Positions 1 to 12,340 of a DNA stretch of 49,468 nucleotides are shown here, one piece after another. Numbering within the stretch: the first letter of the stretch is position 1; each line of letters opens with the position of its first letter. The translations under genes and the position numbers were made by a program. The notes beneath the pieces are model-generated. The model was not told the origin of the DNA and made no database searches. It was given only the letters and a program-made list of their open reading frames with translations. This stretch comes from Octopus bimaculoides (taxonomy: Eukaryota): positions 108,489,040 through 108,538,507 of the forward strand of contig NC_068982.1 in NCBI RefSeq assembly GCF_001194135.2. The letters run 5' to 3'.

Positions 1-180
1 TACATGCAACGTATAAATGAAATGACAATGACAAAACAACCGTGATGACAACTGTCCAGGAATACTGGAATCACGCGATGTAAAAGTCTTAGAGTTTGTT
101 TTCCCTGAAAGGAAAGAAAATGTATGAGTGCACAAGTGTGTGTGTGAGAAAAAAGACAGAACAAATGAAAGTGTCTGTAG

Positions 181-815
181 AATAGACTGCGAAAAAATCC
201 CAAAACACCGAGATAGAGTACATTGATGAAAACGTCGGCGCAGGAACTGCTCTAGCTGTGTTCTGTATGTGTGGTGGTAATGATTCAGTTGAAACTTGGT
301 GACGTCGGGGGGAAAGCTTGTAATTGATAGTAGTAATTGTTGTCGTCACGGTGGTAATCTTGGTTGGCGCACGACGCTGGTGGCGAAAAGGCTGTTTGGT
401 GATGAGTGTTTGAAGAGGTACGCTTTTACAGAACGATCGACAGACACAATTTCTGTACGACCATTAGCGAAAACCTCGAAGAAAAATTTTCTTAACCAAA
501 GATGAAAGAACGACCGTGTGAAATGAAATGAATAACAAGAGTTATTGTGTGGCATAAAAGATGTATGTGTAATGTGAGAGTGTGAATGCGACATATAAGA
601 ACATAAAAAGCAGGCCNNNNNNNNNNTAAAACATACATATCTTTTAGTTATACATCTTTAGAGGTGAGAATAACGAGCTGTCGAGTATAAGACCAAAAGA
701 TGTAGAGACAGCTTTAAACATAAGTCCATGCTCGATCGCTGGCCAGCGTGAAAGAGAATGAATTGAGCGGGAAACGCTTGCTTTATTAATTCTACGCATG
801 CGCAGGCGTTACTAC
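181..815. promoter_or_regulatory. CpG-enriched promoter-like / 5'-end region, probably of a leftward gene
   Basis: About 19 CpG in 181-480 and about 10 in 661-810 against a CpG-poor background. E2F-type TTTCCCGC on the - strand (767-774) and NRF1-like palindrome acgcatgcgc (794-803). No repeat family recognised here. Confidence 0.5.
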
Positions 816-1256
816 AGGCTTTAATGAAAGTTGTTTACTCTACAGGATTTTTAAATGTTACTATAATGTAAACATTTGCAAAAGAAGTTTTGTTAGACCA
901 GTACAGGGATATAGCAGTTACATGGGGTATAAATCTAAATGAGCAAAATCATTTTGCTTTCTGTATGTGCCTGAGAAAAACAGATAGATAGATAGGTAGG
1001 TAGATAGAATGGAAAGCATTGTAAGCTAAGAAATAGTAGAGGGAAAGAGGAAGAGGAAAAAAATTGATTATGAAAAGTCAGGTAAAGGTGTTTTAGATAA
1101 AGTATATTCAATTGAAAAAAGATAGTCAGTGTGTGTGTGTGTATTTATTTTATCACCAATGATATTCTGAAATATTGATCTACAAAAGTTTTATTTTTTG
1201 GGTTTTGAAAGTTTTAAAAATTACAATCAAACAAGAGTAGCATCCATTTCTGATAT

Positions 1257-1390
1257 TGGTTTCAAATTTTGGCACAAGGCCAGTAATTTCAGGGGAGGGG
1301 GTAATTCAATTCCATAGACCCTAGTGATCAACTGGTACTTATTTTATCAACCCTGGAAGGATGAAAGGCAAAGTTGACCTTGGTGGAATA
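1257..1390 (-). mobile_element. tRNA-derived SINE family B fragment
   Basis: Central domain ctggtacttattttatcaacc..ggaaggatgaaaggcaaagttgacc, shared with 9065-9277. Confidence 0.7.
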
Positions 1391-1909
1391 GCTTTTTCTG
1401 ATATTAACCACATATAGTAGATGTCGATGAAATGTTTAATTTCTGTGATGTTTTAGCTTCTTTATACAAAACATTCACGCATTAATTAATATTAACCAAG
1501 ATGCATACGCACATTCCATTTCTGACCACATGCTACCCCACAACACATCTACCAATGACAAACAACATCTAAAAATTTGAGACATAATGATTAAATTATT
1601 ATGAAACACAATCCACAAATCAATCTTCCCAGTTATACCACATCTTTGTGTAAATGAGAATCATATTCCACTCTCCAATATGCTGTGATAAATCATATGA
1701 GCTGCAATGTGACAGTCTGAACATATGCTGTCTCTACTCTCCATCTGTTGGTGTACTCCAGCAGAGTGTACTACAGCAGAGATGGGAAAATGGACTTATA
1801 GTATGGTCCTCTGCACTTATTGTAACTTATGCAACTTGGCACAAAGTTTGCAGATCTTTTGAGCCATTGCTGCTGCAGTCACTTCTATGAATATGTGTTC
1901 TTTATGCTT

Positions 1910-3240
1910 CTCTAGTAGGATATGAGTTGTGTTTTTTGAATGTTATAGTAGTGCTCTGGGGTTTTGTATATGTGACTTGATGTTTGGTGGTAGATTTTCA
2001 TGTAGTGATATGAACTGTAGGTGTTGTTGAATAAACTGTGTTCCTTCTTTGGATGTCTTCCTTCATTGGACACTAAACTCTGGTTGCGAAGACCTGTTGA
2101 GGCAAGTGAAATTAAAATCGAACCAAATTCGATGACTGGCACCCGTGCCAGTGGAGCGCTAACAGCACCATCCGAGCGTAATCATTTCCAAAACAGCTGT
2201 CTGGCTTCCGTGCCGGTGGCATGTAAAAAGCACCATTTGAGCGTGATCATTACCAACGCCGCCTTACTGGCACTTGTGCCAGTGGCATATGAAAAAACAT
2301 TCAAGCGAGGTCGTTGCCAGTGCCGCTGGACTGGCTCCTGTGCAGGTGGCATGTAAAAAACACTATTTGAGCATGGCCGTTGCCAGTACCGCCTGACTGG
2401 CCCTCGTGCCGGTGGCACGTAAAAGCACCCACTACACTCTGAGAGTGGTTGGTGTTAGGAAGGGCATCCAGCTGTAGAAACTCTGCCAGATCAGATTGGA
2501 GCCTGTTGCAGCCATCTGGTTCGCCAGTCTTCAGTCAAATTGTCCGACCCATGCTAGCATGGAAAGCGGACGTTAAATGGTGATGATGATGATTTTGTTG
2601 TTTGCTTGGTGTTGCATTATGTGTAAGTTATTTGAAGTTGTTCTAGTGACATGGGGTGTGGCTATAGTTTTTGTTGATACTAATTATACTATATAATGGT
2701 TTACTGTTTTGTGGTTTATGTTAGAATGTCATTTTTCTGTTTATCTAAAGTTTTTTGTTTTCTCTGTTTAGCAGTTTGATACCAAGTTATATTTCAAGTT
2801 ATAATTAGTTTCTGTATGTTGTTTGAGGTTATCCTTTGTTTTCATGAAATTGGCCATTTCTGGTGTTTAATTGAGCTTGTACTTTTTAATGTTGTCATGT
2901 GGAATATCTATATCATATGCTTAGAATTTTGATGAATGTATGTACTGCAGTGTCTATGGCAGTGATAGTTGTCTTCTTAAATTCTAAAAAACTTTGATTG
3001 TTTCTTGGTGAAACTTAACTCATTTTTTTTTTTTTTTTTTTGTGGAGAGTCGTTTGTAAAAGTGTTTTTGTTTTCTTTAGGATGTGCAGGTGTATTGTAA
3101 TAATTATTAGGTGGTCTGAAGAAAGATGGGGAGTTGTTTACCGGTTGTTTGATATTTTTGTTCATGTTGTTTAATAGTGTTTGTATGAATATCTCACTGT
3201 GATCATCTTGTCTTTTTTCTGTATTAGTTTATCCTGTATA
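1910..3240 (-). mobile_element. Possible highly decayed Penelope-like remnant interrupted by the RTE copy at 2075-2593
   Basis: Strong strand skew and weak - strand peptides (YIHQNSKH, FMKTKDN, HSLFNNTY) loosely resembling the Penelope RT C-terminal region. Confidence 0.25.
2075..2593 (+). mobile_element. 5'-truncated RTE LINE: 3'UTR with ~65-bp internal tandem modules and (GAT)n tail
   Basis: Starts near gaagacc (ORF end), has 3-4 gtggca..gtgcc(a/g) modules, then the conserved cacccactacactc..aacccatgctagcatggaaagcggacgttaaa-(gat)n end. Confidence 0.85.
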
Positions 3241-3339
3241 TTTAACCATTTTTAAAGATGTTGGGTTGGTATTGAGGAAAATTTGGCTATGACTTATCGT
3301 GGGCTGAAGGCTGCATACAAGTTTCCTTTGCTAGATTAT

Positions 3340-3660
3340 AGTTACTTGTTGCAATCATTTGTCATGTTTTGTGAGGTTCAGCCTCTTGAGATCAACTTTC
3401 ACTTCTTAGCATAACTTTCTTGATTTTCCTCCTCTGTAGATTCCTATCACTATCAACTATCATATGCATAACATGTCCATTCCAGCACAATCCCATGTCT
3501 GACCCTCTACTTCTGATTCCTCTTACATTCAGCTTCTCACAACTGATTTGGTCTCTCTTGTTCATGCACATTGACATTACGCACTGGAGTAATTGCATAA
3601 CCTTTCCATTCTGTGTTCAGTGCCCAATTTTTTGTTACTATACATCATCATACTTTGTAC
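3340..3660 (-). mobile_element. RTE LINE ORF C-terminal remnant
   Basis: ORF 3392-3598(-) contains EKLNVRGIR...LCWNGHVMHM, matching the RTE pattern EKLGIRGIR..RLRWYGHVMRM. Confidence 0.7.
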
Positions 3661-3680
3661 ATAATCATTATACAACCTGT

Positions 3681-3749
3681 CCTTTTCTCAGAAAGAAAAT
3701 CCTTTTCTGAGAAAGAAAATCCTTTTCTTAGAAAGAAAATCCTTTTCTT
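3681..3749. repeat. 20-bp tandem repeat x3.4 (ccttttctNagaaagaaaat)
   Basis: Directly visible; units differ only at N (c/g/t). Confidence 0.95.
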
Positions 3750-5234
3750 GCTAACATAGGTATTAGTTTCCAGAACTTTTTGTACTCCATAGTCTGTCTA
3801 CAATGTTTTTAAAACTGCCATCTCTACTACAAATTAGGTCATCTACATAACAAAAACTAATAGCTTCTTAGCATTTCAAAAACAAATTATTTCATGGCTG
3901 CTAACAACTTTTATGCAACAACTACATTTGAAGTCTTTCTTTTTTGTCAGCTTACCTTGATCTTACTACACATCTTGTGGACCTAACGTAGAGGTATTAT
4001 GCCTATGAATCTCCATCACTTTTATTGTTTTAACATGTGCTTCAGTATATTCTAACATTACATTTTGCTAATGAATGAGGAAGAGAGAACTCATGTTATT
4101 GTTTATTTAAATGAAATTTCTTTTTTACTATGTCTTCCCTTTCTGTTTGCTTAACTCCTTGCGAACCAGTATTTTACACAGAATATACTCTATGATCTCA
4201 GTGGTTCTTGCTCTTTTTGATTTCCTGGTTCATTAGAGATCAGACATAAAGTTATTGGTGCTCCTACCTGGAAAATTAAAACTATATTTTAAAGTTAAAA
4301 AACTTTTTAAATATAGAAAAACTATTGCTTATGTTTTACTAATTATGCTTATGTATTATGAAATTATGAAGAACATATTTTTCAAAATACCCAAGCATTG
4401 GTATGGATAGTCTAAAGCCCTAAATTATACTTTTAAGATTTTGCATTGCACTGAGATACCACTTGAAAACTGCTGACCTATCTACTTCTTTTCTGTACAT
4501 CAAACTTTCTAGATGGCAGAGTTTTGCATTCGTTTTTGCTAACTAAAACTTTGTCTCAGGTTTACTTTAAGGCCTATCAATTCTAGGTTTTGTTTCCATT
4601 TTCTTCTCTAATTTTCTGATAGACTCACTTTTGAAAACTAGCTCAACTTGCTCTGAGCTTAGAACTTCGGTAGTTGTCTCCCTTAAAAGACGGCGTCAGT
4701 AATACCTATTCTTAATACACTCCTGTACTGCATTTTGTCTAAGCTAAGCTTTTTCTAAGTAGTTTTTGTTATAATTCTTTTTCCTATTTTGCCCATCTTT
4801 ATGATGCTCCTCTAGTTGCCTCTTTCTAAATGTCACTTTTGCCTTTGACTACACCGTACTATCTGATTGGGCATATGAAAGGTTACTGTATGCTTTACTT
4901 CACTAAGTATTTTCAGTATCTCTGATGGTTCAGCTGTTTACTCTGCTTCATATATTTGGTTCTGCTTTCTACAATGTACTGTCAACTTCTGTAGTGGATA
5001 CTCCTATAGTCTCTTTATGGGTTAGTCCCTTTTTCCTGTTATATGTTTTCCACATGTAGCAACCTCATAGTGTTTTCAAGCCTCTTTTTTCTCGATGTCT
5101 TATATTGTTCATTGCAACATCATTTTCTACCAAACCTCCCAGGGTCATCTGTTACCTTTTATGGCTCTATCACCACTACCAGTCCACTGCCATGTTATCT
5201 TCAGTTTGGCTGGAAACATGCTCCATCCATTGAT

Positions 5235-5266
<32 letters not shown>

Positions 5267-6760
5267 CTAATTTGCAGCAAGTTCTCTCATAGAAACTACT
5301 AGTTGTACTCTACATTAAAAATTTCTAGCTCCTTCTTGTCATGCATTCTTTAAATGTATATTTGGTTGAGGGTGGGGGTCTTTCAGTTTTGATATCTTCC
5401 CTCTCCAGATTGTCTCATGTACCTTCATGCTAACCACTTTACTGAACTCCCTGCTAACTCTTATCTTGCTGATGACAACCTCTCTTCATGGCTTGCACAG
5501 CTCTAACGTTTGGTTTTCTTAGTGACCACTAAACTACAGAGGGTTTAATGAGTGCGAGATATAGTGGCTTGTCATTAACTGAGAACTACTCTTGTATTTG
5601 TCACCCCAGGAAGAAGACATTGATGGTGCTTTATTTGGTACTAACCTTGAACTACATCCCATCTAAATCAATTTTCTTCCTAATGAGTTGTGCTATAACT
5701 ATTTTTTAAAACTTTCATATTGAATTTTAAAATTTGCTTTCCATGTCAGTCCATACCAGTTCTAATTCAGTCTTACTGGCCTGCTAAGATGATTTACAGG
5801 AATACATCTGACTAGTATGCCCCATTTTTGACATGGTTGGTGTTAGGAAAGACTGGATTCTATTCCAAATACCGCCCACTTTATAGTGAATTTTATCAAG
5901 GCCCTAGCACTAGTGAAGTTGCTTTGTGTTCCACAAGATTAAAAAGTTTTTACTAAAAAAAAGAGATCTACTGTCATCCCTTGTTGCATAGTAATGTGAC
6001 TGGGACAGATGAGTTGTAGATAGCTACAAGGGTATCAAAGATGTGGGAAAAGTGAAGAGGTACTTTACAAGGACATATTGGGTAAGAGCTGCAAATGTAG
6101 ATATACTATACCTCTGAACTTCCGTTCTACTGTTTTAATGCTTCATATATATTCAAACAACTTTTTGTTAGTGAATAAGGGAAAGATAACTTAATTTAAG
6201 CTGGTTCTCTTATAACATGAGTTTTATGCACAGTCATCATTAGGCAAGAACTGCTATCACTCAAAATATTTGTTCTTTTATATCCATTGGTGTGGATTTG
6301 TTTTATTTTGTTTAGACCTCTTGATTTTATTGCTTGGTTCTGGTGGTCTTTTGTTTTGTTGTTTCTTTTAGGGAATTGTTTGTAACTGCCTTCTACTGAC
6401 TTTATGCTGTAAGTTGGCATATTTTTTTTCAAACATTCACCATTCTATTGGTTGTTTATATGCTTATATTTTGTTTTCTTTTCATGCTTTTGTTATTCTC
6501 ATTTTATTTTTGTAAACTTACTTGTCAAAAACCTGTGTTATTTTGGGAAATGTTTTTACCCTTGGTTAAATTTGAATATGAATTCAGATATTAAGCTGAT
6601 TTTTGGTAATTTGCCTTGTTTCTGTTTTTTTTTTTTATGGCCTAGTGGTTTGGGTGGTTAGTCTTGTTGGCTACACATTCTCTTCTTTTATGGTCTAGTG
6701 AATTTGGTAGTTAGGGGTGTGATTTTTTGCTCTATGAATACATAAGCATATTTTTTTTAT

Positions 6761-6800
6761 TGTGTGTGTGTGTGTGTGTGTGTGTAAATATATATATATG

Positions 6801-6860
<60 letters not shown>
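6761..6860. repeat. Compound microsatellite (TG)n-(TA)n-(CA)n
   Basis: Directly visible. Confidence 0.95.
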
Positions 6861-6862
<2 letters not shown>

Positions 6863-7539
6863 AATGTTTGTATTATATATTTGTAACATATATGTAACTA
6901 CATCTCTTCTAAACTGCATCTTTTTCTTCCTTACATTTCCTCTTCATACACTATGATTATCTCCCAGTACCCATCCCTCCCCTCACTGCCCCTACTTACT
7001 GTATCACTGCTTTTCTCCACCCCATCTTTATACCTACGTTTTCACCAGTCACCTCAATCCCCATTCCCTACTTGTACCTTCTTGACAATAACCTGGTCAC
7101 GTATATTATGACCTCTGTACCTTGAGGGCATGCTCAGGCAATTGCCACTATTTATCTCTTTCTTCCTTACTCTACCATCCCATCTATGCTCTGATCCCTG
7201 TTACTTGTGAGTATACCCTAGCACTTCACCATCATCTCTCTTCTGCTCTCTCCTGCACTTTTGCTGTTTTCCACTCTCTCTCTTCCCTCTGGGTGGAGAA
7301 GCCATCTATCTCCTCCACAGCAGCACACTTGTTTCTGACCTCATTCTCGATCACTCTCTCTCTTTCTCTTGCTTTTCCCTCTGGTTAGGTAACCAAGTAT
7401 CTCCTTTACATCAGCACACCTGTTTCTGTCCTTTTGCATGTACCTCTATTGCAAGACACCTTTTTTCTGCTTCTCTGTCTTACTCTAACCTTTTGTCCTC
7501 TGACACAAGATCCCCTCCTCCAATGCCCCCCCTCTCCTC

Positions 7540-7858
7540 CCAAAATTCCTTGTCTTGCAAGTTACTTGGTGACCCTGCTGGTGCCACATAAAAAGCATCC
7601 AGTCCACTCTGTAGTGGTTGGCTTTTGGAAGGGCATCCAGCTGTAAAAACCATGACAAAACTGACCTTGCCTGTGCTAGTGCCACATAAAAATCCACTCA
7701 GTCCCCTTTGTGGAGTGGTTGGTGTTAGGAAGGGCATCCTGCCTTTAAAATCCTGCCAAAACAGACAGTAACCTGGGGTAGTCTCCTACCTGGCTGGCTG
7801 CTGTCAAACCGTCCAACCCATACCTGTATGGAAGGCAGATGTTAAACGATGATGATCA
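7540..7858 (+). mobile_element. RTE-tail element with duplicated gtgccacataaaaa...ggaagggcatcc module
   Basis: Head cttgcaagttacttggtgacc is shared with 19290-19516; ends ccaacccata..atggaaggcagatgttaaacgatgatgat. Confidence 0.75.
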
Positions 7859-7929
7859 TCAGCATGTAACACCTACGTGTATGAATGTGTAATATTAGTA
7901 TGCAGAGATGTGGTACAGAAGAGATGGGA

Positions 7930-8205
7930 TCTAAACCAGGTATTAGAGGAACCAGTTGTAGTGTGCAACAAAGGTGTGATGTACATGGAGGATAACAACT
8001 GAGTAAAAAAGTGACAAGATAGCCAAACAAAGGAAACTGGGGAAGTGGAAGGCGTGGGTAGAAGTGATAGAAGCTGGCCTCAGGTTGCTGAACATTATAG
8101 AAGAAATGACATGGGGAAAAACAAAACAAAACAAAAGACAAGATACTGTGTTGGGAAGGCCTTGTCCACCCCATGCAAGCATGGGGAAATGGATGCAAAA
8201 TTGAC
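7930..8205 (+). mobile_element. Old RTE 3' end with short 3'UTR
   Basis: Degenerate ORF-end sequence followed directly by ccaccccatgcaagcatgg. Confidence 0.5.
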
Positions 8206-9064
8206 CCCCCCCCCCACACACATTTAAATAAGAGTTTTGATGCTAATATCCATGTTAAAGTTTGACATAGGTAATATACTTTAATATAAATGGATATTAC
8301 CGTCAAAACTCTTATTTAAATTTTTGATATATGACCAAGGGGATCGATCCATAAGGGGTCTACTATAGACCTTTTGTGGAACGAATTTTTGCTATTTTGG
8401 TAACGATTACATGTTTTATCTCACCAATACATTGTGGAGATATCATTATATGAACATATATGGTGCTCCAGCTTTGATTGTAGGGGATCCATAAAGGATC
8501 AAGGCATATCAAAGTGAAGCGTGCCACAAATTGGCTAGACAGAATGATGCAAAACAGACCATTAAGTAATCCATTATCATAGCATGGAATGCATTGATGA
8601 AAGGAAGTTCATTGTTGTTAAGTAATCTTCACCTCCAATAGGATCCAAAAATATCCAATGACGAATGGAGCCTTAAGAGTGGCATAAAGACATAATAAAA
8701 ACAGATGAATGAATTATCTGGTATTGTTGCAATTGTTTTGTTAAGTGACTTCATTGTGATATAAGCATAGTACAGTCAGCTAAGCAATGTGCACGGCATC
8801 CATAAGATTACATAATGTTATGCAACTCTCAACTCCTCAGGCTTACCAGATAAAACAGCAAGTAGTGGCATGTTGATTAATTCCTATAGATGTTTCCTTA
8901 TTTGCTTGTGTGTATGTATGTATGTATATGTATACACACAAGGCCTTTGAGGTCTGTGTAACTTATGTCATGTCTTTCTGCAGGTTACTGCTTGCAAAGG
9001 AAATGTAGAGCATATGCATGTGTAAGAGTGGACTCTTCTGATGACATCCAAGGACTAGTATATT

Positions 9065-9277
9065 CTTTTCTACTCTAGGCACAAGGCCCGAAATTTTTGG
9101 GGAGTGGGCCAGTCGATTAGATCAACTCCAATATGCAACTGCTACTTATTTTATCAACCCCGAGAGGACGAAAGGCAAGTCGACCTTGGCGGACTTTGAA
9201 CTCAGAACATAAAGACAGATGAAATACCGCTATGCATTTCACCCGGCGTGCTTACGTTTCTACCAGCTCACCGCCTT
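9065..9277 (-). mobile_element. Near full-length tRNA-derived SINE family B with 16-bp target-site duplication
   Basis: Perfect TSD caaggactagtatatt at 9049-9064 and 9278-9293; B-box-like gagttcaaagtcc on the - strand. Confidence 0.9.
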
Positions 9278-10629
9278 CAAGGACTAGTATATTAATACAC
9301 TCAGGTGCATAGAGAATATGTAATATAATTAAAAGAAGTTTTATTTTATGTTGATGGCTTCTACATTTTACTGTCAACAAATTTAAGTAAAAATAGAACT
9401 AAGAAAGTTTTATGATCTGACGATATATTTTGTTTTAGTTATAGGCTGGAAGTTATTTTTTTTAAATATAGGAAGATATTTTGAATAATTTTTATTTTTA
9501 TTTTGATGAAATTATGCTCCACCTGAAATATTCATGTGTATGTGCATATCATTGACATCATAATTTTCTACTTGCTTTCTATGCTGGTATGGGTTGGATG
9601 GGGTGTCACAACTCATGTCAATTCTTTATTTGAAGTTACTGCTCTCCTAGATGCTTGTGCATTTCATTTCTAGCTTGTTTTTTTTTTTTCATTTGAATTT
9701 TCTTCTTGTTGCCTGTCACTTTAGAGAATATACTGGGTACATTTTTATCATGACACCAGCATTAGAAAGGTTATAATATATCCTTGACAAAGCTAAAGGG
9801 TCCTCTCAATCTTGCATTATCTCCTCCCATTTGCCAACCACTTTCCTAAAGTTCTAGGCTGAGCAAAGCCTTGTGGATGGATTTGCTCAACAGAACTGAA
9901 AGAAGCCTTTGTGTGTGTGTGTCCTTGTTTTGACATTGCTTGATAATTGGAAATGAGCATCACCATCACAAGTAGTGCCCTTTATTTCCCCATTTCCATT
10001 ATATGTAAACATGCTTGGCCATGAGGAAATATTAACTTTGAGGGCTGGTGGTAGGAAGAGCATCTGGCTGTAGAAAATATGCCTCAACAAAACCCATGTG
10101 AGCATGGAAAAGTGGATTGTAAAAGTGATGATGATGTTTACAAAGTGTACGAGGTATATGTTATTGTGGAGAGATGGTGAGTGATAGTAGCAATAGAGAT
10201 CCACAGTGGTAAGATTTGAGGGATAGAAGACTGAAGTACAGATATGATGCAACCCGTCAGATATAGGCTATATGGAGGTGACATTGCTAGAGTATAGAGG
10301 ATCACAATAGGAGAGATTGAATGTGGATAGTTTCAATAATTTGTCTAACTACACAGGCAGCATGGAATAATGAATAAGAGAGAGTAAATGTCAGAGAGAT
10401 GGGTCACTTGGACAAAACCAATGCAGTCCCTGGCTACACTGGTTGCATGTTACAAGGAAATCTGCTGCCATCTTTAGTTACAACAGTGTAGTATTGTGGA
10501 TAGAAGTGAGGATATGTGATAGGCAGAAGAGTATCAAAGAGGTAGGCAAAGTAGCAGATGTAGAGTTAAGAACAATTTGGTTGGAGACCCAAATTAAGAT
10601 GTCTCCCAGCTCACATCATTAGCACTAGT

Positions 10630-11990
10630 TTTAAATTATTTTAATGTTCATTTTACATGATTGAATGGTGTGTGGATCTTCTCCTGCATTGCATATTGCC
10701 AATCATTTCAGTCCTTTGTCAGCTCTGTGAGGATCAGTTTTCTGAAATCAATCTTCACCACTTCGTCCCATTTCTTCCTGGGTCCTTTCTCTTTTGTAGG
10801 TTCTGTCCACTCTGAGCCTCCTGCACTTTATTTAACTGTCATTGCATGCTTGTCCTCAAGTACATGTGATTTCTCTTATATCCAGATTTTGTTTCAGCTC
10901 ATTTGTATCCTATTGTTCATTCATGCACACTGATGTTACATACCTAGCAGAACATGCAAGCTTTGTTTCATTCTTGTCTTTGAAAATCCTTTGCTCTCGG
11001 GACCCACATCTAACTATCATGCAACATTGCAGTTCAAACACAAGTATCATACAATCTTACTTTCTCTTTGAGGGAGAGAACCCTTTATAACTAGCACTTC
11101 TGTTATAGTCAGGAAGCCTGTGATGAATAGGATGAGAAATGAGCTTTAACGGACTTCTACTTGTACAAATTAGTTGTACTTATTGCTGACTCCCATTCTG
11201 CTGGTGGTACCTATGTGCATAGCCTTTACTGCCCTCACAAACTATCCAGCTACTCCTTTCTTAGTGTAAGATTACTGAGCATGAAAGCCTGATGAAAGCA
11301 GGGTCTCTAACTGCTAGGCACAGTGGCTTATTCCTAGCTAAGTATTTCTGTGGCTGTCTTTCTAGGAAGATAGCATCTCATATAGGCTAATTCTTTTTCT
11401 AATCAGCAACACATTTTGCAACATTCACAATTTGGTCCAACAATTTGATATCTTTATAACTTCTCTTTAGTGCATCTCCTTTCACCTTTTAGTCGTTGAC
11501 AATGACACTATACTAGATATTGAATATGATACCATCTTGTACTACTTGATTGATTATGTGGGTCACTATTCTGTACTCTACACTGTCAGACACTTTAAGT
11601 GTCTCAGCGACTTCTTTATGGACCAGGTACTTGCCTTTCTTGGTTTATTTTTAATAAGTTGACCTAGCACACTGCTGTCAACTTGAATGGCTGGTCTTTG
11701 TTGATTCTGCTTGCAGTAGATTCTCTTTCTCCATCAGGTATTCTCCATAGTCAAAAGCCTCTTATAGTAGTTCTTCCTTGCCTCATTTGGCATCAGTAAG
11801 AGCAAGTGTCCCATTGTCATTCCATATATACTTCTTGATGACATTTCAGTTCACTATAGTATACTGTGTAGCAATCCAAATACTTCATGCCTCTGCTTTT
11901 CATACTGCAGAACATATGCAAAACTCGCTCTTTCTGCTTTTCTCCTTTCTAGGTATAACTAATATTATAACTAATATTTTTGGTTTGAAT
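10630..11990 (-). mobile_element. Decayed RTE LINE (RT region to C-terminus)
   Basis: - strand peptides KGDALKRSYKDIKLLDQIV, QKYLARNKPL and GPRKKWDEVVKIDF match RTE ORF motifs, with many stops and indels. Confidence 0.7.
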
Positions 11991-12059
11991 GAAGGTATCC
12001 TGCTGGAGAGAAAAATGAAATAGAAAATGTGTGTATGTGTTTATATATGTGTATATAAG

Positions 12060-12190
12060 GTGACCAGTTGGCAAGGTTGTTAGAATATCAGGTTAATTGC
12101 TTAGTAGTTATCATTCAGAGTTCAATTCTTGCCAACTTCAACTTTGCTTTTCATTCTTTCAGGTTTAATAAATATTGATAAAATACCAGC
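12060..12190 (+). mobile_element. SINE family B fragment
   Basis: cagagttcaattcttgcc..ctttgcttttcattctttcagg resembles the B box plus central domain of 9065-9277. Confidence 0.55.
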
Positions 12191-12340
12191 ATGATGGTTC
12201 TATCCTGGGACCAACTTTTTCTTTCACTCTTTTCCTCTGTGTGTCTGTCTCTCTGGAAGAACTTGATTGTGACCACACTTGGAGAAGGATGGGCTCTGCT
12301 AGGTTTAAAAATGCCCAAGATATGCATATGTATGTATAGG

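Noticed and set aside
8300-8880. Possible Helitron helicase remnant (IIWDECTM- and EALNKTL-like traces on the - strand)
   Set aside because: The matches need several indels, and no diagnostic motif is intact.
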